Both the position numbers and the translations under genes were made by a program. The notes beneath the pieces were generated by a model that had not been told where the DNA came from, made no database searches, and saw only the letters and a list, made by a program, of their open reading frames with translations. A stretch of 61,968 nucleotides of DNA, the filler included, from Mitosporidium daphniae (Eukaryota): the NCBI RefSeq assembly GCF_000760515.2. It is 3 parts of 3 records of this genome, joined end to end, with 100 filler letters (N's around TTAATTAATTAA, not from the genome) between each part and the next. Parts side by side here need not be neighbours in the genome. Positions count along the whole stretch, not along the records: positions 1 to 20,993 come from NW_013546137.1; positions 21,094 to 41,633 come from NW_013546135.1; 1 more part is not named here. One strand, 5' to 3'. Positions 10,494 through 22,538 of this stretch are shown here, in pieces (positions within the stretch are counted from its first letter, which is position 1; each line of letters starts with the position of its first letter).

Positions 10494-11485
10494 ATGCCAC
10501 TTGAACTGTGTGCAATAGTTGTTTGTTGCTGCCTTGGCTTTGGATTTCTTTTTTATCGCAAATTTCTCTTCAAATACGATTGCATTGACACAATAAGGGA
10601 CGGCACAATCAGGTATGTTGTCGTAGGAGGCTCTTCAGGCGTAGGGAGGCAGGTTTCAAAAGACCTGGTTTCCAAGTACGGTGCTAAACTCGTAATTGTT
10701 ATCGACGTTAACGAATTTGATGATCATGATGCCATTTATGCCGATTCCATCCGATTCGTAAAATGCGACATTTCAAACGTATCGCAGGTTCAACAGGCTC
10801 TCAAAAATTTGTCCAGTGCCTTACTGGTACTGAGACATTCGCTCAAGTGTAGGGCCATCCAGCGGTACTAGTTCTATCCGCAGCCATAGCTTACCCCTCT
10901 TTGATTGATTATAGCTCGTCGTCTTCGATTATCAACGAAACCAGAAACCTCCACACGATCTTATCGGTCAATACAGTTGGAATCATCTCATTTCTTTATC
11001 TATTTACGCTTAATGTCCAAAGTGCATTTCACGTTATTGTTCTTTCCTCTTGCCTGGGATTATCTGGCGTGGGAAATTGGTCTGCATATTGCACCGCCAA
11101 GTCCGGTCTGATCTCTGCATTGGAATCGTTCAGGAGAGATCCCGAAATTATAAAGCTACGCATCAAGACGACGCTATATTGCCCGTTTTTTATTCACGAT
11201 TCTCCATTGTTTTCTAAATACCACCTGATGTTTTTTTGGAGCTGGCTCTTCAAACCAATATCGCTTGCTCGCATCTCAACGTCCATAATTCACGAATCGT
11301 TGAGGATTTCGCCATCTAACCACGAACTATGGATGCCTTGGTTTGTATATTTTGCCCAGATTCTTAGGCTCTTTCCCACATTCGCTTATGATTTTGTTTT
11401 TCAGGTAAAATGACATCGTGCTTTCAACGTTTAGGTTTCTGGCGCTAACAATACCATTTCAGCACGTAAAATTTACGAGAATTAA
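10494..11485 (+). CDS. Membrane-anchored short-chain dehydrogenase/reductase
   Basis: N-terminal hydrophobic helix, VGGSSGVG Rossmann motif, CDIS, catalytic YCTAK. Introns 10827-10852 and 11405-11434. Confidence 0.8.
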
Positions 11486-11546
11486 ATTTACAAATGTATT
11501 TAAAATTTAATGGCAACTTTTGCCTTTGATTGGTTTATTTTACATT

Positions 11547-12304
11547 ATGCCCCCAAATTCCGATCCGGAAATATATGACGGGCCTCGGATCAAGATTCCC
11601 CTTGCCTCGTCAATCGAGCCAACGGTCGATATTTGTTCGGGCGTAAACTTTACGCCGAAAAAGCCGCATTGCGAAGGTCGCGCCTATTTTTCGGATGGAA
11701 ATTCATGCTCCAATTTCACCCCACTGAAGAAACATGTTTCGTTTCCCGAGAACCACCCATTTGCCGATCTGAATGGCACCGCGTTTTTGAAGCATTCGCT
11801 GTTGTTGATGACACCCATTTCGCCAATCGACTCCAAAAACAATGGCCTGCTTTCGGACATCGAGTCTGAAGTACTTTTTTCATCCAACAGCCAACATGGC
11901 GCCTGTTTTTACGAAAACTCAAAGTCGGATATTTCGTATTGCGAAATTTATCCATTTGCCGATGATGATGCGACCAAATTCGCGGAATCCTCGTCGGTGC
12001 AAAAATTAAACGCACTTTTTGGCGAAGAAACGACCGATGACACGCCGCGTTGGGCTCTTTTTTATATCCTCATGTTCTACGAGACATCACGGAGACGTAT
12101 CTAAAAAATTCCAAACAGGAATATGTATATATTGACGATGAACCGGGGCCCCTGCCAGAAGCATTGAGTAACGAAACTCAACATGGAACAATGGAAAGTG
12201 CTCGGCAATTTCCCTCTCATCACAACCGCCTCCCCCTGCATGAGGATTACCTTCCCGTGCTTCCTGGCCGATTTTCTACGGCCGGCCGAAGAGGCTTTCG
12301 ATGA
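11547..12304 (+). CDS. Hypothetical protein (3' exon structure uncertain)
   Basis: ORF from ATG 11547 after an AT-rich AAATTTA tract, with a probable second exon in the 12050-12304 frame. No recognised motif. Confidence 0.4.
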
Positions 12305-12338
12305 TCACTTTAAACGCAGTGTTACCGTGTTTTCTGGA

Positions 12339-14736
12339 TTATTGCATCTCTTTATTGCTTTTGTAGACTAATTTCTTTAACAGCCTCACCGTGGGCCTTC
12401 CATGCGGACAATTCTAAAGAATAAATCAAAAACCAATTCTCACCCAAGGCTGGTCTAGTGTAGATAAATTCCTTACAATTTTTGTCATCTGCTTTTTATT
12501 AAGAGGAGTTCCAATCATCACGGAGCTCCTGCATGCTTTGGTGGCGGCAAATTTCTTCATTCTATCACTAAATGTTATTTTAGAAGCAACGCCGGCATCA
12601 ATAGTGTTATCTGAAAGCTGTTCCAGGAGTTCATGTATGTCTTCCGTAGACGGCGGAAATGGAAGCGAAGGCATTCCTGTCCATAAAACCACGGGATCCA
12701 GATTATTCCCCGACGATGCAATCAGAAAGGTGAATCCAAGACTTTCAAGTTCCTTTTGATACTTTGTCAAAACCAATCCCTCCATCGGAGATAAGCTCAA
12801 TGAAATGGGACTAAAATAAAAAGGTAAAAAGAACAAACCTCAACAGCTTTTGGTGGGGAGCGGCCGTTGCAGATCCCATTTTCAGGGAAGACTTTATGGC
12901 CTCGTAGTTGAATTTTTCATCGCACGCATGCTGATCACAAATGTACAGCAGCTTTTCGTTTTCAGCCTTAGAAATGGAGCACAAAATAAATCCGTGGTTA
13001 AACTGGCCAACCACATCCATGTGCAGGAAATCTTCTTTCGTGAGAATATAGACGCATTTCATATCCGAAATCGACGAGTCCTCCGAGGAAGATTTACTGG
13101 TCATTAAGGTCGATATCTCGGAGCGTTCCACTGATGAGGTATTGAGAACTCCCGTATGGGAAGCTTTGATTGGGTTTGAAACCGCTTGAAAAGGAGAATT
13201 TGTTTGGTCTTCCAAGGGAAAGCCATTAGTGGTGGCAAAAATACCACCATTCGTTGCTTTAACAAAAGGGGTGGCTATTTCCTTAGCTCCCTCAACGTGC
13301 ATTGATGTTTTCTTGTTCGCTTCAAGCGAACAAGCAAGCAATCGGTTGCTAAAGATGCCTGAATCCTGAAAAGGCTCTTTCCCCTCCATATTGCCTTCCA
13401 ATATGGAGGACTGTTTGTTGCCAGGTTCCGAAGGAGGCATGATGCTCTCACCGGAATGGAAAAAGGAAAGAATGTTTTGAGACGCGCATTTTGGGAATAC
13501 TCCTTGAGGTTTGGAAGATGCACATGAGACCTCGGTAATGGGATATGACAGAGAGAGGAATTTGTCTTTCAGCTGCAACGTAAGCATATCATATATGTAG
13601 TTTTCATTGGTGATAGAGACGGTCCTTTTATCTGGCGTAAAGTTCACATCGACCAAAAGTGGACACAGCTCCAAGAATAGAATAAAAAACGGCTTTACGA
13701 ATACATTAAAATCGTCCCTCAACAGGCGGGTTAGCCTTTTCGAGAACACTGGGGGAAACAGACATGGACGCCGGTTGATGAAGAAATACTCTCTCAACTT
13801 GAAATCCTCGCATTGCTTCTTGAGCAAAGAAAATGGGTTGATAAAATAGCCTTTCATCGTGACAGGGGGGATACTTGATATCTGCTCCTTGCTAAAAAAC
13901 AGCGGGAAATAATCCTCGACCAGCTCGACCGAAATCTCGATCGGTATTAGATTTGAAAAGACGTCGGTGCCAAAAATCACGCCAATAACGTGGTCCAATG
14001 AGCGACCGTGGTCTTGTGGGATTGAAAAAAGCGAAACGGCGCTAAAAGATAACCAAACAACACACCTACGATTTCGTAGCGCTTGGCGCAAGTTGCGAGC
14101 AGGAAATCCCAAGAGACGGTCTGGAAAGCAAATACGACTCTATGAGTCTTGTCAGCATGTTCATCTCCTTGTGGATGTTCTTCTTCATCTCCAAAAGCCG
14201 GACCGGTAGCATGTTGAAAAGGCCTTCAGCGATGATTGTCGTTCCCTTCTGTAGATTATGATGGGGCTATTTAAATGGTACGTCTAGCGGCAGTGTGTGG
14301 ATCTTTTCCATGGTCTGGGTGGAGGCGTTGAATTTGTATTTGAACCCAACTTCAGAAGCCTCCTGCCTCGTCAGAATGTAAAAGGCCGAGCAGAGCGATG
14401 CGATGGAATTCAATGCTTCGCCTCGAAACCCAAATGTTGCAAGTGACGAAAGATCGTCGATGGAGCTTATTTTGCTGGTGACGTTTCTCCTGCAAATAAG
14501 AAGAGCATCGTGCTCCGAAATGCCAGTTCCATTGTCCTTGACAATCAATCGGGAAAGCCCGCCCTCGGATAAAGAGATCTCTAGCAGTTGTTGATGAACA
14601 GCGAGCGCATACCTATACATGTGCCGTTGCTGTCGATCGAGTTTTCAAGAAGCTCTTTAATTGCACCATTGACGGACGTTATCACCTGGCCGGAGCAAAG
14701 GGCTCTTACACATTTGTCGCCCAGGACATAAGACAT
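12339..14736 (-). CDS. PMS1: MutL-family mismatch repair endonuclease (yeast Pms1 / human PMS2)
   Basis: GHKL motifs SGQVI..KELLENSID, DNGTGI, TSK, TFGFRGEAL; DVNFTPDKR; endonuclease motifs GQFN, DQHACDEKFNYE, ACR, CPHGRP. Several tiny introns. Confidence 0.93.
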
Positions 14737-14756
14737 AAAAAGGACAAATTTGCAAT

Positions 14757-17454
14757 TTATTTTTTCCAATATTGCGACCACCTGTGAAGGGTATCGATAA
14801 CCTTGGGAAATAAATTATTTATGGCCTCTTGAATGTCTTTCTGGAACTTTTCAAGGGCTTTTTCTTCGTTGTATACATAAAGAAAATCATCGAAGCAATC
14901 AATGGAGCGGTCCGTGTGTTTAAAGAGGGGATTGGGGTCTGCAATTGCAACCTCTATATACAGTCTTTTCAATACAAATTCTTCTGGGTCCACATTGTAG
15001 CCGCCGACGCAGGAAAAGTTATCCACAAGGGTGATTCCCTTCAAGGCAACCAAAAGTTCACGAGTGTTTCTTCGAAGGATGGAAAAAAATTGAAGACACC
15101 TGTTTTCAAATATCGGATACAACTCTCCCTCAGCCATGTCATTGTTGCAGGTGAAAATCGAGATTTTCATTTTAAGCGGCTCCACCATCTCTTTGCACAG
15201 CTTCATTTGAGGTGCGAATGGTTTTGGATCTCTTCCAAACAAATAGCCATAATCGATGTGGAATAGCTCGCCTAAATGCCCTAATAAGCGAACCGACTTG
15301 CTCTTACCATCTTTGGAAAGCAAAATGTTATCCAAATGCCTATCGCCAACGCCAAGAACAAACGTGATGACGCAATAAAATGCGCAAGAGTCGATAAAGT
15401 TCCGTATAAACGGGAGGAGGCCATCGGGGCCCAATTGCGTTTGCTGGAAATCAAAGGAATCGGAAAGCTTCCGGAGAAAATATGGAATCAACGAGTAGTC
15501 ATCTCTGTCCAAGATTGCGGCCAGATTTTCAGAATCAATGCATTCTATGATTCCCTCAAGACGAGGGTGAGAAGAAATGGGGAGAACGTTGTATTTGCGT
15601 ACCGAGAAGCCCGGCTCCTCCAGATATTTTGATATCAGTCGCTCGCACCATTGGATGAACACAAGTACTCCCCGATCAATGGAAAGGTTATCGCCAGCCT
15701 TAAATATAATTGAGTATGGTTGGCCCGTATCTAACACAAACGAGATACGGAATGGAGATTGCTGGCTCTTGTATATGTGTAGAGAGTCTAGAATTAAAGG
15801 CAAGTAAAGACCTGGGATAATTTCAACCACGTTGATTGAGCAGTCAAAGGGAAGCGGGATTGGCGGATTGAACGTCAATAGACCCTTACTGGCGAGCAGA
15901 CGAAGCTTTGACCTGATTTTCGAAATCTATAAAAAAGGCGACAAAAGAAATACTTTGTCCTCTCTAGAGTCGTTTCTACGCGATATTTTGTATGCAATCT
16001 TCTTCAGAATGTCAATCAGGTAGGTTTGGCGCTTCAGCGTTCGAAGCACAGCCTGGGATCAGGAACATGCCAAACTTACTTGATCGATTGACCGCATAAA
16101 TTGCTCCAGCAAAGAAGGCGCCTCAACCTTTACAACCCAATACAGCGGCAAAATAAAGCCACAACTGTCTTGTCCCAGCAGCAGCAGAAAGTGAAACAGA
16201 CTCTCTTTATGCTGGGCAGGAACCAGATTTCTACAAATGAAACATGATGGGGGCGATGATGATGTACAGCTTCTTTTCGACCACCAGAGACTTGGATAGA
16301 TAGGGAATAAACTTTAGCAACCGAGCGCAAAGAAGTTGGGAATTCCTCTTTTTGATGGAAAACAGCGAGGATGTACAAAACGACCACACTTCGTGGCGCT
16401 TGTTCAAAGTTTGGTCAAGTAGCAGCGAGAAAATGACGACCAATACTTTATCGAGATCCTCTTCCTCCATTTGGTATTTGAGCAGAGAAAGCGGAAACAC
16501 GCCGTTTGGCGGCGAAATGTCCAGAAAAGATCTCCACAACAACGGCAGTGTCTACAAGTAAACAGCACAGGAAAAACCAAAACAAATTGCGACAAATATT
16601 CCTTGTATTTCCAAATGAAGAACGAATCGGCCTTTGATGTCGTGGCAAATGGGAAGCTAGAAAATAGCCACTACATAAAGACTGAAACTTACATGGAGCT
16701 TGGACAGAACTTCGGGGTCCTTTTCCTCGACCTTCATACTGGAGGCTCGAAACACGAGGTTGAATGAAGCAAACATCGCCTCCTCCATGGTCTCGATTAG
16801 CTTGCAAACTTTGAGCTTGAAAATCGGAGAAATTTCGTCCTCGTGCACGCTTGCATCGATGTTTGCCAAAAATTCCGAGTTAGCAGCAGATGGCAGCCAT
16901 TTAACTTTGTCGAAAAATTCCAACAATCCCTCGTTGATCGACATCGGATATGAAAGCGCGTTTTTGAGCACCAAAAACTTGAAGTTCGATTTAAACCGCA
17001 AACATTGAAGCATCAGTTTCGATCCGCTCAAATTGAAAAGGCATTCTGCAATGATTTTGACACTTCCCGGAATGAAGGCATATCCAGGAAACAGGCCTGG
17101 ATCGTTTGCCAGGATTAAATAGAACTTTACATTTTGCCACGAGATATGTATGATATCTTCACAAGCGAATCTACGCATAAAGTATAACCAGCTTTCCAAC
17201 TTGTAGGCAAACGAAATGTACCCGTCTTGCTGATGTGCACATCTCAGGTCATATGTCTCCAAAAGAAGCGGATTGGAGATGTAAAATATTCTGTACTCCA
17301 TCTGGCTTAAAATGACCATTTGTATGCGCTCTGGAAGTAGTCTACAACGGCAAAAGCAAAATATGCTAACCCTACATCGGACGGAACGCATGCGCCGGAA
17401 ACGTGGAACCTACAAGCTTAGAAATCAACATTGACGTCACAGTTCAAGGCGCAT
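14757..17454 (-). CDS. VPS34: Class III PI 3-kinase Vps34 (catalytic domain certain; divergent N-terminal exons inferred)
   Basis: IFKAGD, GVGDRHLDNILL, FHIDYGYLFGRDPKP, HRWSQYW*. Upstream exons can be spliced in frame (LYWVVKVE...LKRQ helical-domain motif). The proposed start MRLEL at 17454 is tentative. Confidence 0.8.
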
Positions 17455-17485
17455 TAAAGAAACACATTTTTTCAATTAAATTTTT

Positions 17486-17956
17486 ATGGCCAAGCCAGCG
17501 TCGGGAAGGGCCGCCGCCAGTCTCAACTCGGTGGTAAAGTTGGTCCTCAATGCAGGGGGCGCAAGTGCGGCCCCGCCCGTGGGGCCGGCGCTCGGCCAGC
17601 GGGGCGTTAAGGCGATCGAATTTGCAAAGCAATTCAATGAGCAGTCAAAAAAATACACGCCCGGAATACCGCTGCAGACAATCATCGCCGTCAAGGCAGA
17701 CAAATCTTTCTCTTTCACCATCCGGCCGCCAACAACATCATATCTGCTGAAGAAGGCATCGGGGCTTTTTGCAATGAATGTTGTCGGCTCGACTTCTCTT
17801 TTGGTTGGCCAGATTTCTCCACAGCAGCTTTATGAGATTTCAAAGGTCAAGGCAACAGACCCCTCATTTGCGGGCCTTCCGCTTGAACATGTGTTTTCCA
17901 TGGTGACAAGCTGTGCCCGGGCCATGGGGCTTGAAGTTGTCAAGTTCCATTCGTAA
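17486..17956 (+). CDS. MRPL11: Mitochondrial ribosomal protein L11 (uL11m)
   Basis: VKLVLNAGGASAAPPVGPALGQRGVKAIEFAKQFNE, DKSFSFTIRPPTTSYLLKKA, ARAMGLEVV. Confidence 0.93.
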   Translation: MAKPASGRAAASLNSVVKLVLNAGGASAAPPVGPALGQRGVKAIEFAKQFNEQSKKYTPGIPLQTIIAVKADKSFSFTIRPPTTSYLLKKASGLFAMNVVGSTSLLVGQISPQQLYEISKVKATDPSFAGLPLEHVFSMVTSCARAMGLEVVKFHS

Positions 17957-18072
17957 TGGAGACCATTTAGATCAATAAAACCCAAAGTTCAATATTTTAT
18001 GTAATGTAAAGGAGATACCCGCATCGTGGATCGCTAGCATGTACCCGGTGGTTTAGTCGCCAGGATATGCAG

Positions 18073-18339
18073 CTACAAGTCCACCACGTGCCTTATTGGT
18101 GTGATCATTGGGGAGACCTGTGCGAGATAGGCAAATGACCATCTAAAGATAAAGACACCAAAACCTACGGCAAATACATGCAAACAGCAGTAAGTATGAT
18201 GCAGCTTTGATACACGCTAAAGATATGCATTTTAAATGTACATTCTATCCGGATATGCTGGGAAAAACAGACAAATCGCTATTGAAAAGACAACCAAGAA
18301 AACGGTCACAATCAGAACGGGCACGGCAGAAGCTGACAT
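18073..18339 (-). CDS. VMA9: V-ATPase V0 subunit e (three exons; not in ORF track)
   Basis: Removing introns 18217-18241 and 18143-18168 gives MSASAVPVLIVTVFLVVFSIAICLFFPAYPDRIVYQSCIILTAVCMYLPWSFAYLAQVSPMITPIRHVVDL*. It has two TMs and the LTAVCxYLxW..LAQxxP motif. Confidence 0.9.
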
Positions 18340-18444
18340 TAAAAAAATTTGGTCCAACGAGGCACTGGAATTTAATCCACAAAATTTACAAATTTAAACG
18401 GGAAATTTGCGCCATTTGTTGTGCTACCGGGACAGCTTATAGTG

Positions 18445-20993
18445 ATGCGCATATCCCATTCGAAGCTTAGAAGTTCGTTTCCAGATTCGACTTCTGTGGA
18501 GGAAGATTTTCCCTCCACAGAGACCATTCCTGAAACCATGGTATTGGAGCCCGAAAATTTGTCTCTTCCCAACAGCGCACCATCGAAAGTGGCCAGGCAA
18601 AAATCGATATCCAGAAGGGTTTCGTTTGCATCGACAGCAAGGGTCAGGTTAGATCAGCGGTGCCGTTATTTCTAGGGTATTTGAGGGTGAGAACGACTTG
18701 CCCCCCACTTTTGAGGAGCACGAGCGTTGCAAAGAAGAAGATTCGTTTGAAGTTAACGTCAATAGCAACGACATGGACATAACGCTGTGCGTCGGGGGTA
18801 TCATATCATCGGGTCCAGAGCCATTTAAATTCAACGAAGAACCAGAGGTTCTTTCCATGGATGAGACGCAATGTGTCGGCGGCATAGTTCAGGAATTTCC
18901 TGAACAGCCTTCTGCGGCAGCGGCAGACATGGAGTTGACATGCACCGTTGGAGGAATCATTGACGATCCCGTTTGCCATTCGCCTGCGTCACCAGGCTTT
19001 GATGCAATGGATATCACGCTCTGTGTCGGGAATGTCATCTCGCTGCCGAGACAGCATTCAAATTCCGAGGACATTTTAAATGCGGATCTGCTTTCTTTTG
19101 GAGATCCCATAGATGTTGAAAATCCACACGCGGAAGGATCGCACCCGCTACCAGATAAAGAAATGTCTTTACCGGGGATGGGGTCTGATGCACCGACGCA
19201 AGACCGCTTTTCTGATGAAAGGGGAAATCTTGTCTCCACAAATTGCAGCAGCTCCGATGAGTTTAACAACCTATTTCTGCCAAAATTATCGCTCAAAACC
19301 TGTTCACTGGACACTGCCCTTGCACAGCAACAACAGTTTACCGATGCGGGTACGCCCACAAAATCGGTCATATGGAAAATATGCAGCCCCATCACGGGAC
19401 GGAAAATCTCGACGGGCATGGCATTTTCGCCGATCACCACGGCAGCCACATCGATGCGGGAAACCGGAACCACTTTTGATATTGAATCGTGCTTGGTGTC
19501 TACGCCAAAAAAAACAACCACCGCAAATAAATGTGCGTTGCCCGCTGCAGCTTCACCGTCTTTGTCGTTACCTGTGCAGCAAACGCGGAGAATTTCGAAC
19601 ATTCCCATGACGAATTACAGTCCTTATGTAGAAAGATTGAAGGAGGATATTTCTAAGGTCCGCGATTCTCCCCTAGTGATCGGCACACCGAAATGGCGGT
19701 CTATGACTTCACCTCTTCGTAGCCGACTTGTTGAGCTACGTTCATCGCCAACTTCGAACGCTATCTTTAGTTCGCCTGTGAATCACATTTCTTCGCTGTT
19801 TGCCGGACTTTCAGAAAGCCAGGATACCTCATTCATTGAAGACATGATGCAGCCGCCATTGGTGGACATTTCTCACTCACCCGTTCTTAGAGCTTTGAAA
19901 AAATCAAAGCTCGAGGGAAACACCAGACTGATCATTGAGGATGGACATGCGCAGAAGGCAGAAACCACTGGGCAGGCGCAGAAGGCAGAAACCACTGGAC
20001 ACGACAGTACGCTGAAACAGAGTGTCGATCTCAAGCGGTTTCTTAGCGATGCTGGGATTAGATTTTTAGATAATGTTACATCCAACACCACAAGGCGAGA
20101 AACCCTTTCCAGATGCTCTCGAGAGTCTGGAGAGTTTTCGGCCAAAAGACTAGTGCTTCATTGGTGCATATCGATGCCAGAGTGTGAGCTTTATGAACAA
20201 AGCTGCGAGGTTTTGGAGCTTCGCATCGCAGATATCAGAGCCGAGCTACACCACATCGAGTGTAAATTCCAAACAGAGCCGCCTCACTTTTACCTCAGCT
20301 TTTATGCGCCTTCATCCGGCAGCCAGGAAGAGTGCCGTGCACAAAAAATCGTAGCCATTCTTGATTTTAATTGGTAGAGGCGATTGAGGGCCATCAAAAT
20401 GCAGTCCAGGACCCTTGTACAGTCTCAATGGTATTCGTGGCGATATTCACTTTTGTTGCCGCTTGTCGATATTCTGAAGACCATCGGTCAAAAGCTCAGC
20501 TCGGATTTCCAAGCTTGGGAACACTCGTTTGCCCAGCTTAGCACGATTTCCTCGTCGCTCAACGTGCAAAAGGCCTCTCTGCTCAATCAAATCTCTCTTC
20601 TGGAAGAGAGATTTACCTGCCTCTCACAATTTGATTGGGAAAAGTATGGACAGCTGCTTGAGGCAATCGCACAGACAGACGCCCTAATTGGCGAGCGAGA
20701 ACGGGAGCTTGAAGTTTTACGCGACCACCATTGTTGCGTCCAGATGGAGCTTACCAGTGTGCAGCGTAAAAAAGAGCTTCTTGTGCAAAAAATCGATGTC
20801 TTCAGCAAAGAGCTAGATGAGCTGTCCGAAATTTCAAAGCTAGATGCCGACCTTGCAAAAAGTAAGTGCCTTTGCTGAGTTATTAGCAAATTTTGAGCTT
20901 GCCATCCGGGCACTTGGCTGCAATCTGGTGAAGGTTGAACGGCACTGTGCTACGTTCAAGTCGAAATTCCTCTCATACTCGTATTGCCTGCAG
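18445..20993 (+). CDS. SPC105: Kinetochore scaffold Spc105/Spc7/KNL1, 3' truncated by contig end
   Basis: N-terminal PP1-docking RRVSF; four MELT-like repeats (MDITLCVGGII, MDETQCVGGIV, MELTCTVGGII, MDITLCVGNVI); LKRFLSDAGIRF, ELYEQSCEVL, WYSWR and coiled coil of the Spc7 domain. Intron 18648-18675 and others. Confidence 0.88.
19949..19999 (+). repeat. 27-bp tandem duplication inside SPC105 (AQKAETTG x2)
   Basis: gcgcagaaggcagaaaccactgg occurs at 19949 and 19976. Confidence 0.9.
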
Positions 20994-21093
20994 NNNNNNN
21001 NNNNNNNNNNNNNNNNNNNNNNNNNNNNNNNNNNNNNTTAATTAATTAANNNNNNNNNNNNNNNNNNNNNNNNNNNNNNNNNNNNNNNNNNNN
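20994..21093. other. Artificial contig linker (N44-TTAATTAATTAA-N44)
   Basis: 100-nt spacer with stops in all six frames; an identical copy lies at 41634-41733; genes are truncated on both sides. Confidence 0.98.
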
Positions 21094-21363
21094 TTAATGA
21101 AGAAATTTGCATATACTCATTTTTAAATAAAAGAAAAGATAGCAGTTCAGCCCTAAGGCGAAGATCCCATACAATCAGACGGCCATCGTTGCTTCCACCA
21201 ATTAAAAACTGTCCGGATGGATGAAAACAAATACATTCAATTTCGGCGCAAAATGTAAGCTTTTTATGCAAAGGGAGTTCAGAAGTCCAATTCAAATGAT
21301 AATCTACTTTCTAAAGCGGTGAAAAACAGAAAAAACCTCTGGAATTCCACTATGTAAATTCAT
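21094..21363 (-). CDS. WD40-repeat protein, 5' fragment truncated by contig end
   Basis: IECICFHPSGQFLIGGSNDGRLIVWDL is one WD40 repeat. The start at 21363 is tentative and needs a short intron. Confidence 0.6.
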
Positions 21364-21393
21364 TTAGAAGAAAGGATAAAATTGGGAAATTTA

Positions 21394-21879
21394 TTAATTT
21401 AATCGAATAAAATGGGAAATTGTGACCGTCTGCTGTATTTGAGACGGCACAGAGTATACCGCTGGTATTTGCGAGGACGTTTGATATTCAACATTGGGGA
21501 AAAATGCTGGAATTGTTAGTGTCGATGTAGACAGAGAAATAGATTGCACTGCATATTGAACAGCAATCTTTGTGAACAGAGGTGGATTGTTATTCTTGGC
21601 ATCTAAATTCGGGGTATGTGTCACTGTTACGGTAGGATATACGGTACTTACATCCGTAATGCTAACTGTCGCTGTTTTTATATCTTTAACAGGGCATTGT
21701 TGCAGGCTCGTAAAAATTCCAAAAGTAAGGTGCTTAGTGCAAGTGGCCGCTGGATTTCCAGAGGGAAATGATAGTTCATTAGAAATTAAATATACAGTTT
21801 TTTGCGAAACAGAAACGGAAAGCTGTGCTAGAAACAAAAGAAATAATACGGGACTCAAGTAAAACATTGCAGAAATCAT
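21394..21879 (-). CDS. Secreted Thr/Ser/Val-rich hypothetical protein
   Basis: 161 aa; signal-peptide-like N-terminus (FYLSPVLFLLFLAQLSVS); TATVSITDVSTVYPTVTVTHTP; two Cys. Confidence 0.65.
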   Translation of the reverse strand: MISAMFYLSPVLFLLFLAQLSVSVSQKTVYLISNELSFPSGNPAATCTKHLTFGIFTSLQQCPVKDIKTATVSITDVSTVYPTVTVTHTPNLDAKNNNPPLFTKIAVQYAVQSISLSTSTLTIPAFFPNVEYQTSSQIPAVYSVPSQIQQTVTISHFIRLN

Positions 21880-22538
21880 TAAGCATCGATCGGTAAAATT
21901 ATGTCAAAAGAATCTGAAGCATAAATTCCGATTAGAACCAATGAGTTTTTTTCTTAAATTTTATTCGCGTTGTACTTGCCGAAAACCTTGGTGGCATCGA
22001 AAATAAAATTTTGTCCACTTAGCTGGCGGGATTTAATTCACGATTGTTTGAATTTTCCAAGATACCAACGCAAGTTGATGGCTGAGGCGTATTATAGGGG
22101 CCCTTGGCCCTAAATATAATTTTAATGTTTAGGGTTAAAGGCCATCCATAACATACTTCAATTAGCAGTGTTTTCAGAACTACCCGTTGATTAATACTTT
22201 TCTTCAATTTATAAGGCAGGCTCAGACCTAACCAATAAGACTAACTATTCCTAAAATTTCGTCAATCTTATTTCTTTCTCGTGACATTCGTGTGGTCTCT
22301 CCAGAGGCTGTAAGAACCTCTTTCAGTTTCAATAATTACCTGGCCATAGAAATTTTTTTCTCATCCGTTTGATCCATTATAAGGCTCGCCTAATGGCGCT
22401 GATGATGATGGTGATTGGCTTAATAGTCTTTGATGGGGCTTAAGAGAATTTAATTAATTTTTGCACGCATAATTTAATTGTCAATGGGCATTGGGTAAAG
22501 TTAGTTGGGGCTAGGTAAATTTTTCATTTTTTAATTTA

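Noticed and set aside
12339..14736. Fragmented ORFs (PMS1, kinesin, NOC3, IDO, CFD1, TAP42, TRS85) as pseudogenes or programmed frameshifts
   Set aside because: The breaks I checked coincide with short GT..AG introns whose removal restores conserved motifs.
18889..19608. Long antisense ORFs (239 aa here; also 26177-26755 and 17476-17721)
   Set aside because: They are shadows of well-supported genes on the opposite strand, with no motifs of their own.
21038..21049. TTAATTAATTAA between N runs as a biological element (also 41678-41689)
   Set aside because: It is an identical 100-nt six-frame-stop spacer used to concatenate contigs, so gene adjacency across it is meaningless.
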